Shown piece after piece: positions 29,609 to 39,379 of a stretch of DNA of 64,000 nt (position 1 is the first letter of the stretch; each line of letters opens with the position of its first letter). Below the pieces are notes generated by a model. It was not told the origin of the DNA, made no database searches, and saw only the letters and a list, made by a program, of their open reading frames with translations. The stretch lies in contig CAWCNY010000004.1 of assembly GCA_963797095.1 (NCBI GenBank), positions 608,001 through 672,000 on the forward strand, in the 5' to 3' direction. The position numbers were made by a program, and so were the translations under genes. This DNA comes from an uncultured Chloroflexia bacterium. Its GTDB lineage: Bacteria > Chloroflexota > Chloroflexia > QHBQ01 > JADMIH01.

Positions 29609-29971
29609 ATGAGAAGAGAACCTACACTTCTGGTCATTGATGATGACCTAGCCACTCACCAACTCATAACACGTGCTCTGGAGCCGGAAGGGATCAACGT
29701 TATCACCGCCGAAAATGGCGAGCAAGGCTGGTATGCTCTGTTGAGCGCCCGACCAGACTTGATCTTACTTGATCTTCAGATGCCACTTATGACAGGCTGG
29801 GGTTTCGCCCAGAAAATGGAGCAGGAAGGGATCCCGGTGCCGATCGTCATTATGTCAGGCATGATCGACAACCCACAGGACGCAAGAGAATTGGGTGCCG
29901 TCGATTTCCTGAGAAAGCCCTTCACAGTAGAAACACTTCGCGCGATCGTCGTCGCCCACATTAGAAGATAA
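29609..29971 (+). CDS. single-domain response regulator
   Basis: VIDDD, PDLILLDLQMP, MSG, FLRKPF. Confidence 0.92.
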   Translation: MRREPTLLVIDDDLATHQLITRALEPEGINVITAENGEQGWYALLSARPDLILLDLQMPLMTGWGFAQKMEQEGIPVPIVIMSGMIDNPQDARELGAVDFLRKPFTVETLRAIVVAHIRR

Positions 29972-29999
29972 AGCCCATTCCAGTATCCAGGACTGATGT

Positions 30000-30497
30000 A
30001 TGAAAGATCCCAGGGCCGAACTTAGGATCGCGGTGTTGACCGTCAGTGACGGAGTTACAGCAGGCACACGACAGGACCTCAGCGGGGAACTCGCCGTGCA
30101 GATGCTTTCTGAGCGACTCCAACCCTCCTCGATTGAATCTAAGGTCGTGCCGGACGACCGGACCAAAATCGAGCAAACCCTTATGGGTTGGGCCGGCGAG
30201 CACTACACGTTGATAGTGACCAGCGGGGGTACCGGCATCTCTCCCCGTGACAACACGCCACAGGCAACCCTCGCGGTGGTTGATTATCAGGTTCCAGGTA
30301 TGGCCGAGCTGATGAGATCGGAGTCGCTCAAGAAGACGCCGATGGCGGCTCTGTCACGGGCGATAGTGGGTGTGCGAGGCAGAACCCTGATCGTTAATCT
30401 TCCAGGCTCACCGAAAGGGGTGCGCGAATGCCTTGAGGCGATCTTGCCGATCCTGCCTCATGCCTTCGAGCAACTGGCAAGCGGCGCGGGCCATTGA
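30000..30497 (+). CDS. MogA/MoaB molybdenum cofactor biosynthesis protein
   Basis: LTVSD, VPDD, TSGGTG..PRD.TP, SRA, NLPGSPKG. Confidence 0.92.
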   Translation: MKDPRAELRIAVLTVSDGVTAGTRQDLSGELAVQMLSERLQPSSIESKVVPDDRTKIEQTLMGWAGEHYTLIVTSGGTGISPRDNTPQATLAVVDYQVPGMAELMRSESLKKTPMAALSRAIVGVRGRTLIVNLPGSPKGVRECLEAILPILPHAFEQLASGAGH

Positions 30498-30557
30498 TCT
30501 CTGATCCAGGCCCAGAACTGTTACTGATATAGGAGATTTGAGGAGCCGCGATGGGTG

Positions 30558-31391
30558 CTAGCGCACGAAGAATTCGCTGTTGGCGCTCTGGCTTGACTGG
30601 TAAGGCTTGGCTATCACGATCAGGCGCTTGTCATCGATGCCATAAGGGTAGCAGGTAATCATAGTGAGGGTCTGATCGACGGTGGGATTCATGTAAGAGG
30701 CGTTGGCCCGCTGCTGGGCCTCCGATACGCCCTCTTCCTGGACGATCACCAGTTGGGTCACTACATAGACGTACTGGCCCTTCTCGGTATCCACAATCAC
30801 CGTATCGCCCTTGTTCACAAGGTGGAGGTTCTTGAACACCTCACCTCGATAATCGACATGGCCCGACAAGACAACATTACCGACCTCGCCGGGGTTGGCA
30901 GTCCCGGCATGGTGGCCCACAGCGTAGTCGGCTACCTGCCATTCGCTCTTGGCACCTGCACCATCCTTGCTTGGGATCATCTTCCAGGTGACAGGCACTA
31001 TGCTCGAATCGATCCCCACGCTGGGGATCAGGAGGTGTACAGGCGGGGAATCATCGATCTGCCTGCTTGAGATAGTCAGCCACTGGCTGATACCTGGAGC
31101 GGTATTAAGGTTAGGCGGAGGAGGCGGTGGAACCGGGGTGGAAGTTGGTAGGCTCGCGACCTCCCCGGCAACAATCGGCGTTGGCACGCTATCGGGGCCG
31201 TTCTTCTGAACGAATTCCTGGAGGTACTGATCATTGCTCCACCACGTGTAGCCCTGCCAGGCTCCAATACCGATCAAGAGCGCAAGCCCTGAAATAATGA
31301 GGAGGTTGCCGATCAGGCGAACAGGCGAAAATCCCCTGTGGAGCCGGCCCTTACTATCCATCTTCAGTTCGTGTGCGTCTGCTAGATCCAT
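30558..31391 (-). CDS. sortase
   Basis: N-terminal TM helix; GNVVLSGH, LTMITC.P, R.IV catalytic His/Cys/Arg. Confidence 0.92.
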   Translation of the reverse strand: MDLADAHELKMDSKGRLHRGFSPVRLIGNLLIISGLALLIGIGAWQGYTWWSNDQYLQEFVQKNGPDSVPTPIVAGEVASLPTSTPVPPPPPPNLNTAPGISQWLTISSRQIDDSPPVHLLIPSVGIDSSIVPVTWKMIPSKDGAGAKSEWQVADYAVGHHAGTANPGEVGNVVLSGHVDYRGEVFKNLHLVNKGDTVIVDTEKGQYVYVVTQLVIVQEEGVSEAQQRANASYMNPTVDQTLTMITCYPYGIDDKRLIVIAKPYQSSQSANSEFFVR

Positions 31392-31756
31392 GCTTTATCC
31401 TGAATTATAGGGCCATTCGGTGCGGTCGCCGGCCGTCCTTTCCAGTATACCATACGAACAGGGGGCCAAAATGGGTGCATCATGAAACCAAACGGGTGAA
31501 ATTGGCCTAATTCTCTAGAGGTATCTTTGGGTGTATGAGAAGGCTCCTGTAGGCGAAAAACCGTACAGGGATCGACAAAGCATGCTACAATATACATCTG
31601 AGGTGACGGCCAATAGGTTAGCAGTCTTATAGTATGCGATATGATCTTATGTCACGTATTGATTACCTCGCATCATTGGTGTACAATAACCGCAAAACGC
31701 GAAACTCAAACGCGCAAGCTCTTATTGTTAGCGTTGAACGTAGGGCAGGAAGATAA

Positions 31757-32887
31757 ATGCCGTCAGAAGGGATACAGCGGGCTGATATAGCCAGGCTCCG
31801 CGAAGACGTGGAAGGAGCCATCGCGGGCGCAGTAAAGCGTCTCCGCGATATCGAGGTGTTCGCCCAGGCGCGCTTGCGGGAAGCGATGACCGAGCGCCAG
31901 CACCTTGAAGCTTTTCTGGACGAATTGCAGCTCAGGGTGCGAGCCATCACGGAATCGGGCGAGCTACCGCTAAAGGTTACAGGACCGCTAACCACCGACC
32001 AGCTGATCGCGATGCAAGACCAGGAGGAGAACCTGGCCCAGCACCGCGAAGAAATACGAGCGGTAACCGGAGACCTTGATCAACTCACCAACAAACTCGC
32101 TTGGCTGGTACACCAGATCGAAGGCGCAGGCGAATGGGTACTCTCGACAGCAGGAGGCGACGGCGAAAGCAACTCCAATGGTGAGGTGGGCGATGGTGGG
32201 CATCAGGGAGATGCGCAGCCCAACACGGGCGATCAAGTTATGTGGGCGCAGATAGCTATGGGACAGGAAGCAGAGCGCGCGCGCCTGGCAAGAGAAGTGC
32301 ATGATGGGCCGGCGCAGGTCCTGGCAAACACGGTCATGCGGCTGCAATTCGTCGAGCAGATGGTAAAACACAAGCCCGAAGAAGTGAGCGCCGAACTGGT
32401 ACGATTGCGGGCGGCCCTACAGGAGAGCTTGAAGGATGTGCGGAGATTCATTTTCAACCTGCGCCCTGCATCGCTCACAGATGCTGGGCTGATCGCCACC
32501 CTCAAGTACTATGTGCAAGACTATGGAGAACAGACAGGAATACTGGTTGAACTGAATGTGCCGGAAACGCTGGTGCTCTCTTCCAACCAGGAACTTGTCG
32601 TATTTCGAGTAATCCAGGAAGCCCTCCAGAACATCCACAAGCACGCCGAAGCGAGCGCGGTAACTATAGACATCCAGCAGCGGACCGGTGGCCCGCTCAG
32701 TGTGACTATTACCGACGATGGGCGTGGGTTTGATACCAAGCGTGTTCGCCAGGGGCGGACCGGCAGCTCAGGGTTGGTGAGCATGAGAGAGCGAGCAGCG
32801 ACCGTGGGTGGCACGCTAAAGGTAGAGAGCAGGCCCGGAGATGGCACTACAATTACGCTGGTGTTACCGATGCCGAAATACTCATAG
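31757..32887 (+). CDS. soluble DegS-like histidine kinase (HisKA_3)
   Basis: Coiled-coil N-terminus; ER.RLARE.HDGPAQ, LRP..L...GL, QEAL.N..KHA, DDG.GF, GL..MRERA. Confidence 0.92.
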   Translation: MPSEGIQRADIARLREDVEGAIAGAVKRLRDIEVFAQARLREAMTERQHLEAFLDELQLRVRAITESGELPLKVTGPLTTDQLIAMQDQEENLAQHREEIRAVTGDLDQLTNKLAWLVHQIEGAGEWVLSTAGGDGESNSNGEVGDGGHQGDAQPNTGDQVMWAQIAMGQEAERARLAREVHDGPAQVLANTVMRLQFVEQMVKHKPEEVSAELVRLRAALQESLKDVRRFIFNLRPASLTDAGLIATLKYYVQDYGEQTGILVELNVPETLVLSSNQELVVFRVIQEALQNIHKHAEASAVTIDIQQRTGGPLSVTITDDGRGFDTKRVRQGRTGSSGLVSMRERAATVGGTLKVESRPGDGTTITLVLPMPKYS

Positions 32888-32902
32888 GAGGAAAAAGGAT
32901 TG

Positions 32903-33589
32903 ATGGAAAAAATCCGAGTCCTGATCGTTGATGATCACCCGCTGTTCCGGCAAGGTGTGCGCCACACGCTGGAAGCCACCAAGGATATAGAGGTGATCGG
33001 GGAAGCGCCGGACGGCCAGAGAGCAATTCAGATGGCCGAAACTCTCGCGCCTGATTTGATGCTGATCGACATCAACCTTCCTGGCCTGAACGGCCTGGAA
33101 GTAACGCGAGTGGTGCGCCGCAGGCAACCCCAGATCGCGGTGATCATCCTCACCGTGTACGAGGATGACGAGCAGTTATTCAACGCCACGAAGGTCGGGG
33201 CGGCGGCCTATTCGGCCAAAGATATTTCACCCGACCGGCTGCTCGATATCGTGCGCGAGGTAGCCGAAGGTCACTATCCGATCAACGACGCGGTATTGTC
33301 GCGCCCGTTCGTGGCGTCAAGGATGTTGAACCAGTTCCGCGAGCTTGCCTCCGCAGAGGCGGATGGCGGCGAGTCTGTGTTCGCGCCGCTGACCACACGT
33401 GAGGTGGAAATCCTGGATTGTATTGCGCGGGGCAACTCGAACAAAGAGATCGCGCGCATCCTGAATATATCGGACCAGACGGTGAAGAACCACATCACTT
33501 CCATCCTCCGCAAGCTGGCCGTGAACGACCGCACACAGGCGGTCATCTACGCGCTCAGGCACGGTTGGATCAAGATGTCCGACGATTGA
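32903..33589 (+). CDS. NarL/DegU-type DNA-binding response regulator
   Basis: DDHPLFR.G receiver; LT.RE.EIL..G.SNKEIA..TVKNH LuxR HTH. Confidence 0.94.
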   Translation: MEKIRVLIVDDHPLFRQGVRHTLEATKDIEVIGEAPDGQRAIQMAETLAPDLMLIDINLPGLNGLEVTRVVRRRQPQIAVIILTVYEDDEQLFNATKVGAAAYSAKDISPDRLLDIVREVAEGHYPINDAVLSRPFVASRMLNQFRELASAEADGGESVFAPLTTREVEILDCIARGNSNKEIARILNISDQTVKNHITSILRKLAVNDRTQAVIYALRHGWIKMSDD

Positions 33590-33669
33590 GCTTTCACCGC
33601 TCGGAGCAGACACACTATGGACCTGAGAGGGTCTGTAGTGTGTTTTCATATAGACCTATCCTCACAGTT

Positions 33670-34656
33670 ATGCCCACAGATACCCCGCCCCATAACCAGG
33701 CCACATACCGGCAAATGCTCAAGCGAAGGCTGGAGCGCCCAATTGACGCCCGGGTGCGGCGAATACATATCGAAAGCAAGACTCTCGGCGTAAAGAAGTC
33801 ATTCTACGTGGCCTTGCCGCCCGGTTACTCCAAATTGGCTAATGCAGGGCAGCACTACCCCACGCTCTACCTGTTCAGAGGTCATGAGCGCGAGTGGATA
33901 CACAGGCAGCAGGACCGCTCGCGGCGGGGGCGGACGGTGATCGACATTTACCGCGAACTACTGGAAGAAGCCAAGGTTGGGCCGGTGATCCTGGTGTTTC
34001 CGGGGATTTCGAGCGACGATAATCGTGTGCCCGGCCTGCTGGTGAATTTCCGCGAGCCTGAACTTGTGAAGAACGTGCCCGGTATCGGCACAGGCCGCTT
34101 CGAGGACTATTTTATCCGGGACGTTGTTCCCTACATTGATCGGCACTACAGGACCGTGGCAGACAGGCAGGGCAGGGCAGTTGATGGTTTTTCGCTTGGC
34201 GGGTTCCAGGCGATCAAAATCGCGGCGCAGTTTCCGGAGATGTTCTCCTCGGCGGGTGCCTTCGATGGCACGTTTCTGTACGCGACTGACAGAGGGCGGT
34301 CGGTCAAGAAGACGGACAGGGTGCTGCGTAACCCCATGTTCGCACCGGCGTTCGGCTCGGAGCGCGACCTGGGTTTTGTGACGGCCAACAGCCCGGCTAA
34401 CCTGATGTGGCGTGGCGACAGAGCGGCCTTAAGAGAGGTGCAATGGCTGATCAGGAGCGGCCCGCAGTCGGGCGAGCCGTGGCAATCGAACTACTACCGC
34501 AACCAGCACCTAATAGAGATAATGCGGGAGCGTGGGATCGAAAACGGTCTGAACCCGGTGTTCACACGAGCCACGCACAACTGGTATTGGGCCGACCGGC
34601 ATGTGGGCGAGACTCTGCCTCTGCATTGGGCCGCATTTAGTGGCAAAGGCCACTAA
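33670..34656 (+). CDS. putative esterase (alpha/beta hydrolase)
   Basis: VALPPGY..YP.LYL, GFSLGG nucleophile elbow, H.W..; start codon uncertain. Confidence 0.82.
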   Translation: MPTDTPPHNQATYRQMLKRRLERPIDARVRRIHIESKTLGVKKSFYVALPPGYSKLANAGQHYPTLYLFRGHEREWIHRQQDRSRRGRTVIDIYRELLEEAKVGPVILVFPGISSDDNRVPGLLVNFREPELVKNVPGIGTGRFEDYFIRDVVPYIDRHYRTVADRQGRAVDGFSLGGFQAIKIAAQFPEMFSSAGAFDGTFLYATDRGRSVKKTDRVLRNPMFAPAFGSERDLGFVTANSPANLMWRGDRAALREVQWLIRSGPQSGEPWQSNYYRNQHLIEIMRERGIENGLNPVFTRATHNWYWADRHVGETLPLHWAAFSGKGH

Positions 34657-34685
34657 GGGGGCGCAACATCGCCAGCATGGTGAGG

Positions 34686-35672
34686 CTAACTATTCAGCTT
34701 CCCCGCAGCCAGATCGCGCAACGCATTCAGCCCCTGATTGAGGGTCGGCACTTGCTCGTAATATGGAATCACAGGGGCAAGTCTTTCGAGGATAATCGCC
34801 CCAGCGTCGCTGGCAGTAAAACCCTTTCGCTCTAACTCAGCATCACATGCTTTCTGGAAATCGTCGTATAACTCGGCAAGATGGTCTACAAACTTATCGC
34901 CATAGCGGGTCTTGTAATCCCCAACTACTGCAAGACCAAGGGCATCAATATCGTCAATCTGCTCCGATTTCACCTTCCCCGTAAGATACGAAAACTCGCC
35001 CCACCATCGCGTCTCGAACAGCATCTGGATCATACCGGTGGCAATCTGCTTTGCATTCGGGGTTTGGAAAGCCAGTGAATAGGTTTTCCGTTCGCCATTG
35101 GGATGCTCATATGTAACAATAAGCCGATGACGCTCCTTGGTGAACAATCTGCCGGGATCGACTTGGTGCTCCGCCTCTACAAGATTGACGCCCGGCAAGG
35201 CCACTGTGCCTCTTTCAGCCAGCATCTTGATGTACTCGTCAACTGTAACCCCGGTTCCTACCGACTTCGTAGACGTTGGCTCATCAGCGTCTTCACCCAC
35301 CAGCAAAGTCTTCCCTATCTCCTCTACGAAATCTGACATAGCTCCGGCGGCTTCGGCGATTACAGGCAGCGCAATAATAGCTCCCATCTTGGCGGCTTCA
35401 AACAGCCAGGCAGCCTCGGACATGCGCTCATCGGATACATACAGCCACCCGATCTTAAATGCATACATCTTACCTGTCGGAATCAACGCGGATCGGGGGA
35501 GCTTGGAGTCGCGTCCCTCATACAGGTCCATAAGGCTGCCCTCAACTTTACCCTCCTTGGTCTTTGCCAGAGGTTCCGATGCCAAAAGCTCGGCCATGCT
35601 CGTTTCAGGTATGTCCCTGTTTCGAGGCACATCATATTTCTCGGTTGACTTCGCAAGATTGCTTTCCGGCAT
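34686..35672 (-). CDS. hypothetical protein
   Basis: Long ORF with GGAGG RBS before ATG 35672; no recognised motif. Confidence 0.7.
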   Translation of the reverse strand: MPESNLAKSTEKYDVPRNRDIPETSMAELLASEPLAKTKEGKVEGSLMDLYEGRDSKLPRSALIPTGKMYAFKIGWLYVSDERMSEAAWLFEAAKMGAIIALPVIAEAAGAMSDFVEEIGKTLLVGEDADEPTSTKSVGTGVTVDEYIKMLAERGTVALPGVNLVEAEHQVDPGRLFTKERHRLIVTYEHPNGERKTYSLAFQTPNAKQIATGMIQMLFETRWWGEFSYLTGKVKSEQIDDIDALGLAVVGDYKTRYGDKFVDHLAELYDDFQKACDAELERKGFTASDAGAIILERLAPVIPYYEQVPTLNQGLNALRDLAAGKLNS

Positions 35673-36248
35673 AATGACCTCCAGTGCCAAAGTCGCCTTC
35701 GACGCGTCAAAGCACAGTCTAAAGAACCGGCTCTGCATCTACCGGATCTACCGGACCCTGTTTCGCATTATAGCTATCGGAGTGCACCCTGTCAAAACAA
35801 CAACAGCCAAAGCAAACGGTACGAGTTCAGACTGGGGGTAGGGGGTGCAGATCCACCTCAGGTCTAAACCTCTACAACAGCACGAACGCCAGGGTCTATT
35901 CAGAGTCGGGGAATGCAGTGCCAAGTTGGGGTATGTCATTCTTCGCTGCGCTCCGAATGACAAGGCGTAGTTGGCTCTCTTGCAACCAGCATCTTCCTGA
36001 CTGTGCTGGTGCTGTTGGCCGCTCAGTTCGTCTTCTACTTGATGAGCAGTTGGCCTGCCTGTGCGGTGCAATGGCTGCGTAAGTTGGGTGGCACGTTAGG
36101 TCTGAGCGCAGACAGGGACGGGCCGTACTTCGTGCTGAGGGGGTTGAGTGCCGTCTGGCAGGCGATAGCTGCTCTCACCTGGCTACTCGTTTGTCCATTC
36201 CCCCGTGAAGCTTTTCCGAGATGTGGGTAATCACCGAGAATATTAATC

Positions 36249-36277
36249 TTGACAAGCACGCACAATTCTCCTATACT
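36249..36277 (+). promoter_or_regulatory. sigma70-type promoter for tRNA-Asn
   Basis: TTGACA-17 bp-TATACT. Confidence 0.8.
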
Positions 36278-36325
36278 ATGATGTGCCTCTAAATGGAGGC
36301 AGTTTTTTCGGTCGATGAACGACAT

Positions 36326-36400
36326 TCCGCGATAGCTCAACGGTAGAGCAGGCGGCTGTTAACCGCAAGGTTCTAGGTTCGAATCCTAGTCGCGGAGCCA
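36326..36400 (+). tRNA. tRNA-Asn (GTT)
   Basis: TCCGCGA/TCGCGGA stem, GCGG-CTGTTAA-CCGC anticodon arm, GGTTCGAATCC, encoded CCA. Confidence 0.97.
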
Positions 36401-36405
36401 GGCGT

Positions 36406-36440
36406 GAAGGTAGAACTCGAAGGGGTTCTGCCTTTTTGTT
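36406..36440 (+). terminator. intrinsic terminator after tRNA-Asn
   Basis: AAGGTAGAAC...GTTCTGCCTT followed by a T-tract. Confidence 0.75.
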
Positions 36441-36533
36441 TGCCCCGTCGGATATGCCTGCTTTCAATGATTGAGTGCCGTCTCAATATGTATTTCTCAC
36501 CCAACGTGGCGCGGGTGTGGCAAAATATAAGTC

Positions 36534-38834
36534 ATGGGCAAAAAGGACAGGACCCAACGGGCGCTTAGGCTCGACAGGACGCGATGGTTGATTGTGTTGT
36601 TAGCGGCCATAGTGCCGTTGCTGGCGAGCCAGCAGGTGGCAGCCACATCCACCCAGGACCTGGGAGCGCCGGGCGACCTGAACAACGTCACCGGGCTGAA
36701 AGCCAGTGAGATCGGCGAAGATGGCACTTTCAGATGGGGCGGCGATCAGGTCGGGATCGATTTGCAGCCGATGGGCTGGCCGCTCTACACTACCCTCTAC
36801 GTGCAGGGAGTGCGGCCCGAGGGATTCCCTCTCGCGCAGGTAGGCGCTGGGGCCAACGGGAAGGGCCTGGGGGTGCAGGAGATACCGCGCAACCCGTCCA
36901 CCCTGGAATACCGGCTTCCTGTTGCGTCGCTCCTGAATATCAATCCCAGGATCGAGCTAACCAGCACCCTCTTTCAGCCGCCGGGCGACGCTCGCATACT
37001 TGGGATTGTCTATTACCGTATCGAGGAGCGCACCGGGCCAGGACCATCCCTTCCGTCTCTGTGGCCCGCCTTACCATTGATACTGAGCGTGCTCCTGACC
37101 TATCTGGCCGTTAGCAGGCTCATGGTGGTTGTCGGCTGGGGCAGTCAGGCCGGGGATCGCAGGCTATGGAGTATCGCGCTCGTTCTAGCGTTGGTTTGGG
37201 GCATCGGCATCGGAGTCTTGAACGCAGTCGAGCGGCCCTGGTTGGTCTTCTATAGCTGGTACATTATTGTACCTCCCCTGGTGATTCTGTTGGTCGTTCC
37301 GTGGCTTTCCACGCTCCGTTCGCCCATGTCAAGGGCTGTGACTATTGCGGTAAGTGCGGAAGGCAAGAGCCAGGAAGCGCTTGCCGAGAAGGCGTGGCCC
37401 ATCGCACTGGCGCTAACTGCTGCGTCGCTTCTGGTGCTCCTGTGGCACCTGCTCGCCCCAGCCGAGCCACAGGTAGAGGACCCGACCCATAACATCAGTT
37501 GGGGCGTGTCGTTCTACACTTCCTTGCCGTGGCCTTTCCAGGTCGCGGGCGTGGCCCTGGTGATAGGCTCCCTGGCCTGGGCATGGTTCGCGCCTACCGC
37601 GCCTATTGACACCGTACAAAACAACAACCTCAAACAGGACAGTAACTACAGTATTAAACAGGAGAGCAGCCTGGGGAGATGGGTTGGAGGGGCGCTTACT
37701 AACCCAAGTGTGGTCATACCCATTGTGGGAATGATATTGTTCGCTTTGCTCCCTGTTGCGTATTCGGAGGGCGATAGCAACGAGTTCGACACCAAGATAC
37801 CCAAGGGCGCGATCTGGCGCGAGCGTGAATTGATCGACTTCTACGTTAAGGTCCGCCTCTGGAGATTGCTGGAATGGATATTACCTCGCCCCTCGCAGAT
37901 TTACGAACTGGTTGCGGTGCTGGCCGGAGGTCTGTACCTGGCGGGCGCGGGCCTGGTAGGGAGAACACTGGGCCGGAGCAAGACCGATGCTCTGATAATA
38001 GTGGGAGCGCTGGCTGCCACCGGCAACATACTCTTCTTCTTTCGCTATATCGAGAGTTACGCTCTGGTGACTGCCCTAAGCGTGTTCGTGTTATGGGCGT
38101 GCTGGCGTTATACAGAAGGCAAGCTATCGTTCGGGGCGGTAGGCGCACTGGCGACCTTGACTCCCCTGGTGCATGGGTCGGCGCTGTGGTGGGGTCCAAT
38201 GGTGGCGGCTGCATGGCTGCTGCGGGCGCGCCAGTATCCGCCTGAAACGCGCTGGCGTATGGCCCTTGCCGACCTGCGCGATGGCGTTGGTGTGGGGCTG
38301 GCAATCGTGCTGGTTGTAGTCAGCATCATGATGATCGACGCCTACGATCTGGAACGGCTACAGGTGGGCCTGGGAGAGATGGGCGGAGGCGATGCTCGCA
38401 CCCTGCTCCCACTCTTCACAATCGAGACCCGTTTTGAGCATTACGCGTTCTTCTCCTGGTCGCACCTGGGTGCTGTAGTTCAGGAGCAGCTACTCACCGC
38501 TCCAATGGCCCTTCTGACGTTAGGCATCGTGGCCGCCCTGGCGTGGAGGGGTGTGCGGCAGGTAGCGGCGCGCACCCCTGCCTTTGTGACTCTAGCGGTA
38601 GGAGCCGCTGGTATGCTCTTCTACAGCATCACCTGGAATCCCGACCTTGGTCCCCGCAATGACTGGGACCTTTTGGCGCTTCCTGCCTTACCCCTGACAA
38701 TGATGGCGATTTATCTGCTGTTGCAACTCCCCAGAAGCAAGGCTCGAAGGCTTGCCCTTACCGCCTATCTATCAATGTCCGGTGTACATGCAGCGGCCTG
38801 GTTTTTGCTACACTACCTGGGAATAAGATATTAG
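36534..38834 (+). CDS. large polytopic membrane protein, possibly GT-C-like
   Basis: 766 aa; extracellular N-terminal domain (E..FRW); many TM helices; YIESY, WNPDLG..DWDL loops. Confidence 0.75.
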   Translation: MGKKDRTQRALRLDRTRWLIVLLAAIVPLLASQQVAATSTQDLGAPGDLNNVTGLKASEIGEDGTFRWGGDQVGIDLQPMGWPLYTTLYVQGVRPEGFPLAQVGAGANGKGLGVQEIPRNPSTLEYRLPVASLLNINPRIELTSTLFQPPGDARILGIVYYRIEERTGPGPSLPSLWPALPLILSVLLTYLAVSRLMVVVGWGSQAGDRRLWSIALVLALVWGIGIGVLNAVERPWLVFYSWYIIVPPLVILLVVPWLSTLRSPMSRAVTIAVSAEGKSQEALAEKAWPIALALTAASLLVLLWHLLAPAEPQVEDPTHNISWGVSFYTSLPWPFQVAGVALVIGSLAWAWFAPTAPIDTVQNNNLKQDSNYSIKQESSLGRWVGGALTNPSVVIPIVGMILFALLPVAYSEGDSNEFDTKIPKGAIWRERELIDFYVKVRLWRLLEWILPRPSQIYELVAVLAGGLYLAGAGLVGRTLGRSKTDALIIVGALAATGNILFFFRYIESYALVTALSVFVLWACWRYTEGKLSFGAVGALATLTPLVHGSALWWGPMVAAAWLLRARQYPPETRWRMALADLRDGVGVGLAIVLVVVSIMMIDAYDLERLQVGLGEMGGGDARTLLPLFTIETRFEHYAFFSWSHLGAVVQEQLLTAPMALLTLGIVAALAWRGVRQVAARTPAFVTLAVGAAGMLFYSITWNPDLGPRNDWDLLALPALPLTMMAIYLLLQLPRSKARRLALTAYLSMSGVHAAAWFLLHYLGIRY

Positions 38835-38866
38835 CGTGATGCGTGACCTACTGCGTCTTGCGTATT

Positions 38867-38898
38867 CACTCGTCACTCGTCACTCGTCACTCGTCACT
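38867..38898. repeat. heptamer repeat (CACTCGT) x4.5
   Basis: Tandem units in the intergenic gap. Confidence 0.88.
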
Positions 38899-38919
38899 TA
38901 AGGTATAATTAAAGGACTG

Positions 38920-39345
38920 ATGCCAAACTTGGAAGGAAGAACGGAAGTGGAACGACAAGCAGCTATCGAGCGCCTTTTGGAACTATATGACAACCCCACG
39001 CATTTCGGGCCGATGGAAAATGCCGATGTGTCGGTCAAGGGAGGTAATCCCGGTTGTGGGGATATTGTGGACATCTACATCAAGGTAGACGACTCAGGTA
39101 AGGTCGAGCGCATCATGTTCGAGGGAGAGGGGTGCACCATCAGCCAGGCGGCGGCAGAGCTTGTGTCGGAGCGCATGGAAGGCGCTACTTTGGACGAGAT
39201 AGAACACCTCGAACATGACGTCATAATTGACGCGCTAGGTCGCGATGTGGTGATGAGCAGGCCTCGCTGTGCGACCCTCGCGCTTGGCACGCTCAAGCAG
39301 GCGGTACACGATTACAAAACCAGGCAGCGCCAGCAGCAATCGTAA
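38920..39345 (+). CDS. SufU/IscU-like Fe-S scaffold
   Basis: NPGCGD, GC.ISQA.A, R.RCA.L (three conserved Cys). Confidence 0.9.
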   Translation: MPNLEGRTEVERQAAIERLLELYDNPTHFGPMENADVSVKGGNPGCGDIVDIYIKVDDSGKVERIMFEGEGCTISQAAAELVSERMEGATLDEIEHLEHDVIIDALGRDVVMSRPRCATLALGTLKQAVHDYKTRQRQQQS

Positions 39346-39379
39346 CGCCCGCTATTTTCTCGATAGTTGCCGTATCAAT

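Noticed and set aside
35748-36240. Protein-coding gene upstream of tRNA-Asn
   Set aside because: Only short ORFs without RBS or recognisable motifs
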